64,000 nt of DNA from Lachnospiraceae bacterium (GCA_022767285.1 JALENY010000033.1:40129-104128); one strand, 5' to 3'; shown: positions 28,801 through 39,046, counted from the first letter of the stretch. Notes: generated by a model not told the origin, from the letters alone. Program-made: numbers and translations.

Positions 28801-29334
28801 CAGCCCAAAGTGATGGATGGAGCAAAAGAGATCGTCGGCGGCATGATTGTGGAAAAGACGATCAAATATACGAAAAACAACAAAGTGATGGCATTCCTCG
28901 GACTTGAGGATCTGGTGGGTACCGTGGAAGTGGTGATTTTTCCGCGGGATTACGAGAAAAACGCAGCTTTGCTGGAAGAGGATAAAAAGGTCTTTATCCA
29001 GGGACGCGTCTCAGCGGAAGATGAGAAACCGAGCAAACTGATCTGCGAGAAGGTCTGGGAATTTGATCAGGTCAGTCGGGAACTGTGGATCCAGCTTGAG
29101 TCAATAGAAGAGTTTGTTCGAAAAGAACAGGATCTGTACGGGGAACTGGCGGACTCCGATGGTAATGATGCAGTTGTAATCTATGTAAAAAGCCCCAGAG
29201 CCATAAAACGGCTGCCTGCAAACCGGAATGTGAAAATAAATGACCGGCTGTTGGAAAAACTATACAAAATATATGGGGATTCTAATGTGAAAGTCGTAGA
29301 AAAGAGTATTGAAAAACACCCCAAAATGCATTAA
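25852..29334 (+). CDS. dnaE: DNA polymerase III alpha subunit
   Basis: PHP domain (HLHTHTEYSLLDG), polymerase core (GPGRGSAAGSLVAY, PDIDIDF) and a C-terminal OB fold. The protein is 1160 aa. Confidence 0.95.
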   Translation: MNFTHLHTHTEYSLLDGSNKIKEYVARVKELGMDSAAITDHGVMYGVIDFYRAAKEAGINPILGCEVYVAPNSRFDKEAGAGEDRYYHLVLLAENNQGYQNLMKIVSIGFVEGYYYKPRVDLEVLRQYHEGIIALSACLAGEVSRYLTRSLYEEAKEAALRYLDIFGENNFFLELQDHGIPEQKLVNNQLLRMSRELNIPLVATNDVHYTYAEDEASHDILLCIQTGKKVEDTDRMRYEGGQYYVKSPEQMAELFPYALEALENTHKIAKRCHVEIEFGVYKLPRYDVPEGYTAREYLGKLCEAGLAERYQPVTQELKDRLNYELNTITSMGFVDYFLIVWDFIKYARDNGISVGPGRGSAAGSLVAYTLGITKLDPIRYNLLFERFLNPERVSMPDIDIDFCFERRQEVIDYVVRKYGKDRVVQIVTFGTMAARGVIRDVGRVLDMPYAAVDVIAKAIPNELNITIEKALTMNPELRRMYDEDPQIKYLIDMARRLEGLPRHTSMHAAGVVISQKPIDEYVPLSRGSDGSITTQFTMVTLEELGLLKMDFLGLRTLTVIQNAVRMVEKTTGISLDMDAIDYNDQKVLEMIGKGKTEGVFQLESGGMKNFMKELKPQSMEDIIAGISLYRPGPMDFIPQYIKGKNDPTSVTYDCPQLEHILEPTYGCIVYQEQVMQIVRDLGGYTLGRSDLVRRAMSKKKAAVMAKERQNFVYGNPEEHVPGCISNGIDEKTANKIYDEMTDFAKYAFNKSHAAAYAVVAYQTAYLKYYYPVEFMAALMTSVIDNPGKVAEYILHCRQMGIAILPPDVNTSEGSFSVEKDSIRYGLNAIKNIGGPAIEVIVKRRREGGPYTSLRDFIDRTWGSEINKRSMENFIKAGALDGLGGTRKQFMMIYLQIMDDVSHAKKSSMTGQMSLFDMFSDEERQEYEIKLPDVGEYSKEMKLAFEKEVLGVYISGHPLEEYEKRWRKNISAVTTDFQPDEETGQPKVMDGAKEIVGGMIVEKTIKYTKNNKVMAFLGLEDLVGTVEVVIFPRDYEKNAALLEEDKKVFIQGRVSAEDEKPSKLICEKVWEFDQVSRELWIQLESIEEFVRKEQDLYGELADSDGNDAVVIYVKSPRAIKRLPANRNVKINDRLLEKLYKIYGDSNVKVVEKSIEKHPKMH

Positions 29335-29338
29335 AATG

Positions 29339-29425
29339 TAGGCATATATTACGGTATAGCTTGCAGGCGTACTTTGTGAAACGCCGCCCGAATGGGCATG
29401 TATTATGGTATACCCTATGGGGCAG
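29339..29425. repeat. Degenerate copy of the dispersed hairpin-array repeat family
   Basis: It shares the words TATTACGGTATAGC, GCCCGAATGGGCATG and GTATTATGGTATACCC with the copies at 49016, 53694 and 55861. Confidence 0.6.
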
Positions 29426-29443
29426 ATTAGGAGGCAAACTACT

Positions 29444-30436
29444 ATGGCTGAAAAAAAGGAAATTAAGACAATCGGCGTTCTTACCAGCGGCGGCGATGCT
29501 CCGGGCATGAATGCTGCAATCCGTGCAGTAGTCCGAAGAGGTCTTGCGCGCGGAGTAAAAATGAAAGGTATTCTGAAAGGTTATGACGGACTTCTGAATG
29601 AAGAGATCATCGATATGAGCGCGAAGGATGTATCCGATACGATCGAGCGCGGCGGTACAATTCTTGGTACAGCACGCTGTGCAGAGATGCGTACAGAAGA
29701 AGGACAGAAAAAAGCAGTGGAGAACTGCAGAAAACATGGAATTGACGGTCTCATTGTCATCGGCGGTGACGGTTCCTTCGCAGGTGCACAGAAACTGGCC
29801 AACCTTGGCATTAACTGTATTGGTATTCCGGGAACGATCGATCTTGACATCGCATGCACAGAATACACCATTGGTTTTGATACCGCAGTAAATACTGCTA
29901 TGGAAGCAATTGACAAGGTGCGTGATACCTCCACTTCCCATGAAAGATGCAGTATTATTGAGGTTATGGGACGTAATGCCGGATACATTGCGCTGTGGTG
30001 CGGTATTGCAAATGGTGCTGAGGACATTCTGATCCCGGAAAAATATGACTATGATGAGCAGAAGCTGGTTGATAACATTATTGAGAGCAGAAAACGCGGC
30101 AAAAAGCATCATATTATTATAAATGCAGAAGGTATCGGTCATTCTGCGAGTATGGCACGCCGTATTGAGGCGGCTACCGGTGTTGAGACCCGTGCTACCA
30201 TCCTGGGACACATGCAGCGCGGCGGATCCCCGACCTGTAAAGACCGTGTATATGCATCTACCATGGGATGTCTGGCGGTAGATCTGCTCCTGGAAGGAAA
30301 AAACAAACGTGTTGTGGGCTACCAGAATGGAGAATTCCAGGATTTCGATATCAACGAAGCGCTGGCAATGCATAAAGGAATTTCTGAATATCAGTATGAG
30401 ATTGCACGTTCTCTGTCACAGAACTATAAAAAATAA
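29444..30436 (+). CDS. pfkA: ATP-dependent 6-phosphofructokinase
   Basis: IGVLTSGGDAPGMNAAIR, GGDGS, PGTIDLD and MGR. An AGGAGG RBS is present. Confidence 0.93.
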   Translation: MAEKKEIKTIGVLTSGGDAPGMNAAIRAVVRRGLARGVKMKGILKGYDGLLNEEIIDMSAKDVSDTIERGGTILGTARCAEMRTEEGQKKAVENCRKHGIDGLIVIGGDGSFAGAQKLANLGINCIGIPGTIDLDIACTEYTIGFDTAVNTAMEAIDKVRDTSTSHERCSIIEVMGRNAGYIALWCGIANGAEDILIPEKYDYDEQKLVDNIIESRKRGKKHHIIINAEGIGHSASMARRIEAATGVETRATILGHMQRGGSPTCKDRVYASTMGCLAVDLLLEGKNKRVVGYQNGEFQDFDINEALAMHKGISEYQYEIARSLSQNYKK

Positions 30437-30507
30437 TTGCGGCGTAACGGAGAACTGCCGGTTTGATATGCGGCAAAAATAAATAAAGGAAACGGAGGGG
30501 CTGGTGT

Positions 30508-31914
30508 ATGAATTATACCGGCCCCATAGTGTATATGGAGCGAAAAAAGAAGATCTTGAAAAATCTGAGCGGTTCCCGGATCCTGGCGCTGGGATTTGCG
30601 GTGGCGATCCTGGTGGGAACCGTTCTTTTATATTTGCCTGTGGCTACAGCAAAAGGCGAAACTACCAGTCTTGTAGATGCACTGTTTACGGCGACTACAT
30701 CCATCTGTGTTACCGGTCTGGTGACTGTTCCCACCTTTAGCCACTGGAGCCTGTTTGGCCAGGCGGTTATCTTGTGCCTGATCCAGTTGGGAGGACTGGG
30801 CGTTGTGACCTGCAGCATGATCGCTTTTCTTATTGTCGGGAAAAAGCTTACCATTAAAAACCGGAGGCTGATTCAGGAGTCCTATAATCTGGATAATCTC
30901 TCTGGCATGGTGAACCTGGTGCGCCGGGTCGTCTTCGGAACCCTGACGGTTGAAATGATAGGGGCTGTTTTGTATATGTTCCAGTTTGTGCCGGAATACG
31001 GCCCCAGAGGAATCTGGATCGCAGTATTCAACTCGGTATCCGCATTCTGCAATGCGGGGATCGACATCATCGGTCCGGAGAGTCTGCGGCCATACGTGGG
31101 GAATCCGCTGGTTAATTTTACAACCATATTTCTGATCATTGTTGCAGGTATCGGTTTTATCGTCTGGTGGGATGTGAAAAAAATTCTTTCAGATGTGCTT
31201 CACCGGCGTATTTGTCTTCGCAAGTGCTGGGAGAAACTTCAGTTTCACACAAAAATCGTTCTTTTTACAACCGCCCTTTTGATTTTCGGCGGAGCTTTGT
31301 TCATTTTTATCTTTGAATGGGGTAATCCGGATACCATCGGAAACATGGGGATGGGCGAAAAAATCATGGCCTGTCTCTTTCAGTCGGTTACCACGAGAAC
31401 GGCGGGATTTGAGACTATTGCCCAGAACCGGTTTACAGATTCTTCCGGTATCATCAGCATGCTCATGATGTTTGTGGGCGGTTCGCCCATGGGTACCGCC
31501 GGCGGCGTGAAGACCACAACCATGGCGGTTCTGGCACTGACGACAATCGCATATTTCCGAGGTAAGAAGAACACCGATGTGTTCCACAGGCAGATTTCCG
31601 AGGACAACAGGCGGACGGCGACGGTGGTGGTAATGACTATGGTTGGCTGTCTTTTCATCCTGATCATCTTTTTGTCTGCCGCAACCGGATTTTCTTATCT
31701 GGATGTCTCTTATGAGATTACCTCGGCCATTGCCACGGTAGGTCTGACCAGAGGAATTACCGCAGAATTGCCGTTTGTGGGAAAACTGATCGTTATTTTT
31801 ACCATGTACATCGGAAGAATCGGTCCGATTACCATGGCAACTGCAGTAGCACGGCGTTCCAAAGAGGCGAATACCTCCATTGAGCGTCCGGAGAAACGTA
31901 TTATTATAGGATAG
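30508..31914 (+). CDS. TrkH/KtrB-family potassium transporter membrane subunit
   Basis: Repeated MPM motifs with TATTSICVTG, NAGIDI, TRTAGF and TVGLTRG selectivity-filter-like glycines. Confidence 0.88.
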   Translation: MNYTGPIVYMERKKKILKNLSGSRILALGFAVAILVGTVLLYLPVATAKGETTSLVDALFTATTSICVTGLVTVPTFSHWSLFGQAVILCLIQLGGLGVVTCSMIAFLIVGKKLTIKNRRLIQESYNLDNLSGMVNLVRRVVFGTLTVEMIGAVLYMFQFVPEYGPRGIWIAVFNSVSAFCNAGIDIIGPESLRPYVGNPLVNFTTIFLIIVAGIGFIVWWDVKKILSDVLHRRICLRKCWEKLQFHTKIVLFTTALLIFGGALFIFIFEWGNPDTIGNMGMGEKIMACLFQSVTTRTAGFETIAQNRFTDSSGIISMLMMFVGGSPMGTAGGVKTTTMAVLALTTIAYFRGKKNTDVFHRQISEDNRRTATVVVMTMVGCLFILIIFLSAATGFSYLDVSYEITSAIATVGLTRGITAELPFVGKLIVIFTMYIGRIGPITMATAVARRSKEANTSIERPEKRIIIG

Positions 31915-31925
31915 GGGAGCACATT

Positions 31926-32570
31926 ATGATAAAAAGACAATTTGCAGTATTAGGACTTGGAAAATTCGGGTTCAGCATCGCCAAAACACTGTCGAATGCG
32001 GGATATGAAGTCATTGCTGTGGACCGAAATGAGGATATTGTGCAGGAAATCGCGGATATTGTTACTTATGCGCTGAAAGCGGATGTGACAGAACCCGGTG
32101 TTCTGAAAAATATCGGCATCCGGAACGTGGATGCGGTGGTCGTGGCCATCTCGGAAAATATGGAGAGCAGTGTCATGGCTACCATCCTGGCAAAGGAAGC
32201 AGGGGCACCCTATGTCCTTTCCAAAGCGGGTACTGAGCTTCACGGCCAGATTTTGAAGAAAATCGGAGCGGATGAGATTATTTATCCGGAGCAGGCCATG
32301 GGAGCCAGAACCGCGAAAAAACTGATTTCCGGCAGTTTCCTGGACTTATATGAACTGTCAAAATCATTCAGCATGGTCGAGGTCATCATGCCGGCTGACT
32401 GGGCTGGAAAGAGCCTGAAAGAATTGAACCTCAGGAAAAAGGGCATCAATGTCATCGGTATGATACAGGAGGACAGTATAGAGCTGAATATCGATCCGGA
32501 TATGCCGCTGCCGGCAAACGAGACCCTTTTGATCGTGGCAAAAAATGATATCCTGTCAAAAATTGTATGA
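31926..32570 (+). CDS. TrkA/KtrA potassium uptake regulatory subunit (RCK domain)
   Basis: FAVLGLGKFG Rossmann motif plus a C-terminal TrkA-C domain. It directly follows the TrkH-like gene. Confidence 0.88.
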   Translation: MIKRQFAVLGLGKFGFSIAKTLSNAGYEVIAVDRNEDIVQEIADIVTYALKADVTEPGVLKNIGIRNVDAVVVAISENMESSVMATILAKEAGAPYVLSKAGTELHGQILKKIGADEIIYPEQAMGARTAKKLISGSFLDLYELSKSFSMVEVIMPADWAGKSLKELNLRKKGINVIGMIQEDSIELNIDPDMPLPANETLLIVAKNDILSKIV

Positions 32571-32638
32571 CAGTGGAAAACGGCCAGTGGCCGGAATGAT
32601 TTGTAACCGGAAACCATATTTATTTTGATAGAGAGAAA

Positions 32639-33412
32639 ATGATAACAAGCAGCAGCAATCCACAGTTAAAGAACATAGTACAGTTAAATAAAAAGGCAAA
32701 AGCGCGCAGAGAACAGGGCCTTTATGTGGTGGAAGGGTACAGGATGTACCGGGAAGCACCGAAGGAGCAGATCGAAAAAATCTACGCGGCCAGTCATTTT
32801 CTGGAAAAACATCCGGAAATCCGGAAAGAACATCCGCAGGCGGAAGAGGTAGACGATCGGGTATTTTCTTCCATTTCCGATACGCAGACTCCCCAGGGAA
32901 TTCTCTGCGTTATGAGGCAGCATTCCTGGAACATGAAGAAAATGCTGGAAAAGAAAAATCCATTGCTGATGATCCTTCAGGATCTGCAGGATCCGGGAAA
33001 TGTGGGAACCATTTTTCGCACCGCTGAGGGAGCCGGTGTTGACGGGATCATTCTGACGAAAAACAGTGTGGATATCTACAATCCAAAGACCATACGATCT
33101 ACGATGGGCTCTATTTATCGGGTACCATTTTTCTATACGGATCGGATCGAGGACGTGCTGGGTGAACTGATAGTTCATGATGTGCGCACGTTTGCCGCCC
33201 ATCTGAACGGAGAGCGGGACTATGACCGCGAAGATTACCGAAGGGGAACGGCCTTTTTTATCGGAAACGAAGGAAACGGCCTGACTGATGAACTGGCAAA
33301 TATGGCAGACCGCCTGATTAAAATTCCCATGTGCGGTCAGCTTGAGTCCCTGAATGCCGCCATGGCATCCGGGATTCTGATGTATGAAGCCGCAAGACAG
33401 CGGAGGCTGTGA
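32639..33412 (+). CDS. TrmH/SpoU-family RNA 2'-O-methyltransferase
   Basis: DPGNVGTIFRTAEGAG, FFIGNEGNGL and SLNAAMASGILMYE. Confidence 0.85.
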   Translation: MITSSSNPQLKNIVQLNKKAKARREQGLYVVEGYRMYREAPKEQIEKIYAASHFLEKHPEIRKEHPQAEEVDDRVFSSISDTQTPQGILCVMRQHSWNMKKMLEKKNPLLMILQDLQDPGNVGTIFRTAEGAGVDGIILTKNSVDIYNPKTIRSTMGSIYRVPFFYTDRIEDVLGELIVHDVRTFAAHLNGERDYDREDYRRGTAFFIGNEGNGLTDELANMADRLIKIPMCGQLESLNAAMASGILMYEAARQRRL

Positions 33413-33510
33413 ACAGTCAAATGTATGCAGTAATCCGTATGTATCAGGAAAGAGAACAGTTCTTTGTTCCTGCACCACTGGATATTTTTGCGTAAAGGCA
33501 ATGAGAAGGG

Positions 33511-34710
33511 ATGGTGATAAGCATAAAACCGGTAATTGATCTGGAAAAAGAATACGGTCTGGTTTTGGAAGGCGGAGGAGCCAAAGGCGCTTATCAGATC
33601 GGTGTCTGGAAAGCACTGAGAGAGGCCGGCGTTAAAATAAAAGGAGTTGCCGGCACCAGTGTCGGCGGACTGAACGGTGCCATGATTTGCATGGGAGACC
33701 TGGACAAGGCGATAGAAGTCTGGGAAAATCTCACCTATTCCCAGATTATGGATATTGATGACGAAGTGGCGGAACGGTTGGTCAAAGGGGCCATGCCTAC
33801 GAAAGAATCGGTCAGTGCTCTTCTCGGATTTGTAAAAAACAGGGGTATGGACGTGACTCCCTTAAAAGAACTGATCGCGGATATCATTGATCCCCGGGCG
33901 ATTCAGGCTTCTCCCATGGATTTTTATGTGACCACATTTAATCTGGACGAGATGCGCGAAGAGCAGATCAACATGAAAGAGGTGGACGAAGATCTCCTCG
34001 AAAATTACCTTTTGGCCACATCCTACATGGCTCCTGTTTTTAAGGTAGAAAAACTGCGCGGAACTTTTTATATGGATGGCGGTGCTGCGGACAACATTCC
34101 GGTGAGTGTGCTTCTCGATGCAGGTTACAAGGACCTGATCGTTGTCCGGATTTATGGCGTGGGCATAACAAAAAAAGTGGAAATAGCGGAGGACGTGTCC
34201 ATCCTGGAAATCGCACCGAGAACAGATCTGGGAGGAATCCTGGAATTTGACGGGGAGCGAAGCAAAAAGAACATCATGAAAGGCTATCTGGATGGGCTGC
34301 GGGCTATTTACCGTCTGGAGGGTTTGCTGTATTATATTGATGAAGCGTATCCGGAGCAGTATTATCTCGACCGACTGCTGAATATGCCGGATGCTTTGAA
34401 AGAAGAGATTCTCAGTATGTATCGCCCGGACATGCCGAAGTGTCTGTGGGCGCGGAAATTTACGGAAAAAATTCTTCCTGCGATTGCATCGGAACTGAGA
34501 CTGGGAAGTGACTGGACTTACCAGGATCTTTTCCTCGGAATGCTGGAGGCGACGGCAAAAATGTGCCGTGTTCCGAGAAATCGGGTTTACACCGTGGAGG
34601 AGCTTCTGGAAGAAGTAAGGTTACGGTACAGGGAAGCGGAAGATCTGGATGAGGATCTCGCTTTTGTGAAAATGATTTGCTGCTGTTCGGAAATTGGCAG
34701 GTCTGCATAA
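33511..34710 (+). CDS. Patatin-like phospholipase family protein
   Basis: GLVLEGGGAKGAYQIG, GTSVGG (nucleophile elbow) and DGGAADNIP (catalytic Asp). Confidence 0.85.
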   Translation: MVISIKPVIDLEKEYGLVLEGGGAKGAYQIGVWKALREAGVKIKGVAGTSVGGLNGAMICMGDLDKAIEVWENLTYSQIMDIDDEVAERLVKGAMPTKESVSALLGFVKNRGMDVTPLKELIADIIDPRAIQASPMDFYVTTFNLDEMREEQINMKEVDEDLLENYLLATSYMAPVFKVEKLRGTFYMDGGAADNIPVSVLLDAGYKDLIVVRIYGVGITKKVEIAEDVSILEIAPRTDLGGILEFDGERSKKNIMKGYLDGLRAIYRLEGLLYYIDEAYPEQYYLDRLLNMPDALKEEILSMYRPDMPKCLWARKFTEKILPAIASELRLGSDWTYQDLFLGMLEATAKMCRVPRNRVYTVEELLEEVRLRYREAEDLDEDLAFVKMICCCSEIGRSA

Positions 34711-34770
34711 CATGCAGGATATAGGAATGGCTGCAATGATAATAAGTTTTATACAGAAAGGACAAACATC

Positions 34771-35763
34771 ATGAATTTAAAAGGACGAAATTTTTTAACA
34801 CTGAAAGACTACACACCGGAGGAAATTCTGTATTTGCTTGATCTGGCAGCAGACCTGAAGGAGAAAAAGAAAAAAGGTATCCAGGTAGACTATTATAAAG
34901 GGAAAAATATTGCGTTGATTTTTGAAAAAACTAGTACCAGGACCAGATGTGCCTTTGAAGTAGCTGCCCATGATCTTGGGATGGGATGTACTTATCTGGA
35001 TCCCAGCGGTTCGCAGATCGGCAAAAAAGAGAGTATTCCGGATACCGCCCGTGTGCTGGGAAGAATGTTTGAAGGAATTGAATACCGCGGATTTGGCCAG
35101 GAAATTGTGGAATCGCTCGCAGAACATGCAGGCGTTCCCGTATGGAACGGCCTGACCAATGAATATCATCCCACACAGATGCTGGCCGACATGCTGACCA
35201 TCCGGGAACACTTCGGTGATCTGAAGGGCAGAAAACTGGTTTACATGGGCGATGCACGTTACAATATGGGCAATTCTCTGATGATTGTCTGTGCAAAACT
35301 GGGTCTTCATTTTGTGGCGTGTACGACAAAGAAGTATTTTCCAAATGAGGAACTTGTGGCACAGTGTATGGAGTATGCAAAAGCCAGCGGCGGAACCATT
35401 ACATTGACGGAAGATGTGGCCGAGGGAACAAAGGGTGCCGATGTGATCTATACGGATGTGTGGGTATCCATGGGTGAGCCAGATGAAGTCTGGGAAGAAC
35501 GAATCCGCGAACTGACCCCTTACAAAGTGACAAAACAGGTAATGGAAAATGCAGGACCGAAGGCGATTTTCCTTCACTGCCTGCCGGCTTTCCATGACCT
35601 CAAGACCACCATAGGAAAGACCATGGGAGAACGCTTCAATCTGACTGATATGGAAGTGACGGATGAAGTATTTGAATCTGAGCAGTCAAAAGTATTTGAT
35701 GAGGCGGAAAACCGTATGCATACCATCAAAGCTGTGATGGTTGCAACTTTGGGAGAACAGTAA
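34771..35763 (+). CDS. argF: Ornithine carbamoyltransferase
   Basis: [21 protein letters not shown] and HCLPA. Confidence 0.88.
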   Translation: MNLKGRNFLTLKDYTPEEILYLLDLAADLKEKKKKGIQVDYYKGKNIALIFEKTSTRTRCAFEVAAHDLGMGCTYLDPSGSQIGKKESIPDTARVLGRMFEGIEYRGFGQEIVESLAEHAGVPVWNGLTNEYHPTQMLADMLTIREHFGDLKGRKLVYMGDARYNMGNSLMIVCAKLGLHFVACTTKKYFPNEELVAQCMEYAKASGGTITLTEDVAEGTKGADVIYTDVWVSMGEPDEVWEERIRELTPYKVTKQVMENAGPKAIFLHCLPAFHDLKTTIGKTMGERFNLTDMEVTDEVFESEQSKVFDEAENRMHTIKAVMVATLGEQ

Positions 35764-35767
35764 ACAC

Positions 35768-36892
35768 ATGAAAACAGAAATATTATCCATTTTGCGGCAG
35801 ACAAAAGGCTATGTTTCCGGACAGGAACTCTGTGAACGTCTGGGCGTATCCAGAACCGCAGTCTGGAAGTGCATCAAAAAGCTGCAGGAAGAGGGATATG
35901 AGATCCAAGGAATCAACAGAAAGGGATACCGTCTGGTGGAGATCCCCGATGTGATGACCCCTTCGGAGATCGAGAACTGTCTGTGGCAGAAGCGCAAAGC
36001 GGAGGAGATAACTGACAGCAGGGAATCGGTTTGCACAGGCAGAACCAGGTCAAAACAGCCCGATTGTGCAGAAAAAAAAGAGTCAGAACGAGCCGGCTGT
36101 GCAGATAAAAAAAATCCGGAGCTGCCGGACCGACACATCCTGCCCTACCGGGTTTTATATAAAGACGAAATTGACTCCACCAATACCTGGGCGAAGCGGG
36201 AGGCGGAGATGGGTGCGTCTGAGGGAAGTGTCCTTGTGGCAGACATGCAGACTGCCGGGAAAGGAAGACGGGGACGAAGCTGGTCCAGCCCTTCCGGTCA
36301 CTCTGTCTATATGAGCCTGATCTTGCGTCCGGATATTCTGCCGGAGCGGGCCTCCATGCTCACGCTGGTGGCAGGTCTGTCTGTGGCGCAGGCAGTGCGG
36401 CATGATCTGGGCCTCGATGCATGGATCAAATGGCCCAACGATGTGGTGATCTCCGGAAAAAAAATCTGCGGAATCCTGACAGAAATGAGCCTGCAGATGG
36501 AATGTATTAATTATGTGGTGATTGGAATCGGCATTAACGTAAATCTAAAGGATTTCCCCAAAGATATTGCAGACAAAGCCACATCCCTGTGCCGGGAAAA
36601 GGGAGAAAACGTCCATCGGGCGGAAGTCATTGCAGCAGTGCTGCATCGTTTTGAGAAAAATTACTTCCGATTTCTGAAACGTGGCAATCTTGCCGATGTG
36701 AAAGATTCCTACAATGAGATTCTGATCAACTGCGGCCGGAAAATCTGTGTTCTGGAGCCGGGAAATGAATATACCGCAATTTCCGGCGGTATCAATGAAA
36801 AAGGTGAGCTGCTGGTCACGAAAGATGACGGCACAAAAGCGGCCGTTTATGCGGGAGAAGTGTCAGTAAGGGGGTTGTACGGTTATGTCTAG
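35768..36892 (+). CDS. birA: Bifunctional biotin--protein ligase / biotin operon repressor
   Basis: The N-terminal HTH is GVSRTAVWKCIKKLQEEGYEI and the ligase core is QTAGKGRRGRSW. An extra charged insert of about 50 aa lies between the two domains. Confidence 0.88.
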   Translation: MKTEILSILRQTKGYVSGQELCERLGVSRTAVWKCIKKLQEEGYEIQGINRKGYRLVEIPDVMTPSEIENCLWQKRKAEEITDSRESVCTGRTRSKQPDCAEKKESERAGCADKKNPELPDRHILPYRVLYKDEIDSTNTWAKREAEMGASEGSVLVADMQTAGKGRRGRSWSSPSGHSVYMSLILRPDILPERASMLTLVAGLSVAQAVRHDLGLDAWIKWPNDVVISGKKICGILTEMSLQMECINYVVIGIGINVNLKDFPKDIADKATSLCREKGENVHRAEVIAAVLHRFEKNYFRFLKRGNLADVKDSYNEILINCGRKICVLEPGNEYTAISGGINEKGELLVTKDDGTKAAVYAGEVSVRGLYGYV

Positions 36893-37202
36893 AGAGACTC
36901 TGTGCGGGGCAAGTTATTATGAACAAAAATATTATTTTAACCCGGATTTTGTAAAATTGCCGGAAAGCATTAAACAGGAGCTGCAGATACTCTGCGTGAC
37001 GTTCACGGAAAAGGTGGGCGGAGTCCTGACCATGTATTTTGAGGAGGACGGATCCCTTCATTTCCAGGTACAGAGTCTGGAAGGGGACGGAAGGTTTGAT
37101 GAAATCGGGAGCGAACTGGAAATAAAAAGGATTCGAAGGGAACATATGGAATTGCTGGAATCCCTGGAACTGTTTTATCGGACGTTTGTGCTGAATGAGT
37201 GA
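36885..37202 (+). CDS. Small conserved hypothetical protein
   Basis: The ATG overlaps the birA stop by 8 nt, which suggests translational coupling. The protein is 105 aa, acidic and has no motif I recognise. Confidence 0.55.
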   Translation: MSRETLCGASYYEQKYYFNPDFVKLPESIKQELQILCVTFTEKVGGVLTMYFEEDGSLHFQVQSLEGDGRFDEIGSELEIKRIRREHMELLESLELFYRTFVLNE

Positions 37203-37311
37203 TTCAGGCCGATGACATCAAAACCCGGCACTTTTTGCGGGCTGTTGATAAAAGGCTGATCCTGATTTTGCTCCCGGAACGGAGGAGCTTGATAACAAAG
37301 GAGGAAAACAG

Positions 37312-38079
37312 ATGTTATTGGTTATTGACGTAGGAAATACAAATATAACGTTAGGTATCTTTAAAAAGGAAAAGCTGCTGGCCACTTTCCGCATGACAAC
37401 GAAGCAGTCGCGCACATCCGATGAATTCGGAATTTTGATGCGTCTGATGATTCAGGAACGTGGTCTGGACAAAGATGATGTCCACGATGTCATTATCAGT
37501 TCTGTTGTGCCGGATGTTATGTATTCCCTGAACAGTGCCATCATCAAATATTTTAAAACAAAACCGCTGATCGTGGGCCCCGGTATCAAGTCCGGCATCC
37601 GCATTGTGACGGATAACCCTAAAGAAATCGGTGCAGACCGCATTGTGGATGTGGCTGCAGGCTACACGCTTTATGGAGGTCCGGTGCTTGTAATAGATTT
37701 CGGAACGGCAACCACTTATGATCTGGTGGACGAAAAGGGTGCGTTTATAGCAGGCATTACGTCTCCCGGAATCGAGATCAGTGCACGTGCCCTGTGGCAG
37801 GATGCGGCAAAATTGCCGAAGATCGCCATTGAGAAGCCAAAGTCTATTCTGGCAAAAGAGACTATCACCAGTATGCAGGCCGGTCTCGTATACGGCTATA
37901 TTGGTCAGACGGAATATATTATAGACAAGGTAAAGGAAGAGTCCGGTCTGAGCAATCTGAAGGTTGTCGCGACCGGAGGGCTGGGCAAGATTATCGCAGA
38001 TGAAACAAACCGGATTGACATTTACGATAATATGCTTACCTTAAAGGGACTTCGTATTATTTATGAAAAAAATCGGTAA
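37312..38079 (+). CDS. coaX: Type III pantothenate kinase
   Basis: [15 protein letters not shown] and IDFGTATT. An AGGAGG RBS is present. Confidence 0.92.
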   Translation: MLLVIDVGNTNITLGIFKKEKLLATFRMTTKQSRTSDEFGILMRLMIQERGLDKDDVHDVIISSVVPDVMYSLNSAIIKYFKTKPLIVGPGIKSGIRIVTDNPKEIGADRIVDVAAGYTLYGGPVLVIDFGTATTYDLVDEKGAFIAGITSPGIEISARALWQDAAKLPKIAIEKPKSILAKETITSMQAGLVYGYIGQTEYIIDKVKEESGLSNLKVVATGGLGKIIADETNRIDIYDNMLTLKGLRIIYEKNR

Positions 38080-39046
38080 TGTAACAATGGAAAATCCATT
38101 TGTGCTGGCTCCCATGGCAGGGGTAACGGATTTACCCTTTCGGATTTTGTGCAAGGAACAGGGTGCGGGTCTGATCTGCATGGAGATGATCAGTGCAAAG
38201 GCGATACAGTTTAACAATAAAAATACATTTGAATTGATGGAAATCGATGAGAGGGAACATCCGATTTCCCTGCAGCTGTTTGGATCGGATCCGGATGTGA
38301 TCAGCGAGATGGCAAAAAGGATCGAAGAACGCCCATTTGATATCCTCGATATTAATATGGGCTGTCCGGTTCCAAAGGTTGCCGGGAACGGAGAGGGCTC
38401 CGCTCTGATGAAAAATCCGAAACTGATCGGTCAGATTGTGGAAAAAACAGTGAAGGCCATACAAAAGCCGGTCACTGTGAAAATACGCAAAGGTTTTGAT
38501 GAGGAACATGTCAACGCAGTGGAAGTGGCAAAAATTATTGAACAGTCCGGCGGTGCTGCGGTTGCGGTACACGGGAGAACCCGGGAGCAGTATTATTCGG
38601 GAAAGGCAGACTGGGATATCATCAGACAGGTAAAAGAAGCCGTACAGATACCGGTCATGGGCAATGGTGATGTGACCGATCCGGAATCCGCAAAGGCCAT
38701 GATGGAGCAGACCGGTTGTGATTTTGTCATGATCGGACGGGCTGTTCGCGGAAATCCATGGATCTTTTCCCGGTTGAATCACTTTTTCCAGAAGGGAGAA
38801 CGGATGGAAAGACCCTCCTGGTCCGAAGTTCGTGAAATGATGCTGCGCCATGCGCGTATGGAAATCGAACTGAGAGGAGAATATACCGGAATACGGGAAA
38901 TGAGAAAACATATCGCCTGGTATACCACCGGTATGCCCCACTCAGCAAAGCTTCGCAGAAATCTTGCTGCGATGAATACGTATGAGGATCTGTGCGAGGG
39001 GACAAGGGCGCTCATCGGCCAGGGATCCGGGCCGGAAACCCTTTGA
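38063..39046 (+). CDS. dusB: tRNA-dihydrouridine synthase
   Basis: [16 protein letters not shown] and HGRT. It overlaps the end of coaX. Confidence 0.9.
   Translation: MKKIGNVTMENPFVLAPMAGVTDLPFRILCKEQGAGLICMEMISAKAIQFNNKNTFELMEIDEREHPISLQLFGSDPDVISEMAKRIEERPFDILDINMGCPVPKVAGNGEGSALMKNPKLIGQIVEKTVKAIQKPVTVKIRKGFDEEHVNAVEVAKIIEQSGGAAVAVHGRTREQYYSGKADWDIIRQVKEAVQIPVMGNGDVTDPESAKAMMEQTGCDFVMIGRAVRGNPWIFSRLNHFFQKGERMERPSWSEVREMMLRHARMEIELRGEYTGIREMRKHIAWYTTGMPHSAKLRRNLAAMNTYEDLCEGTRALIGQGSGPETL

Noticed and set aside
33511-34710. Patatin-like phospholipases (also 61264-62106) as CBASS or other defence effectors.
   Set aside because: No cyclase/CD-NTase, SMODS, TIR, STING or other signalling partner is adjacent. 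The neighbours are housekeeping genes (trmH, argF) or a P-type ATPase with translational coupling.
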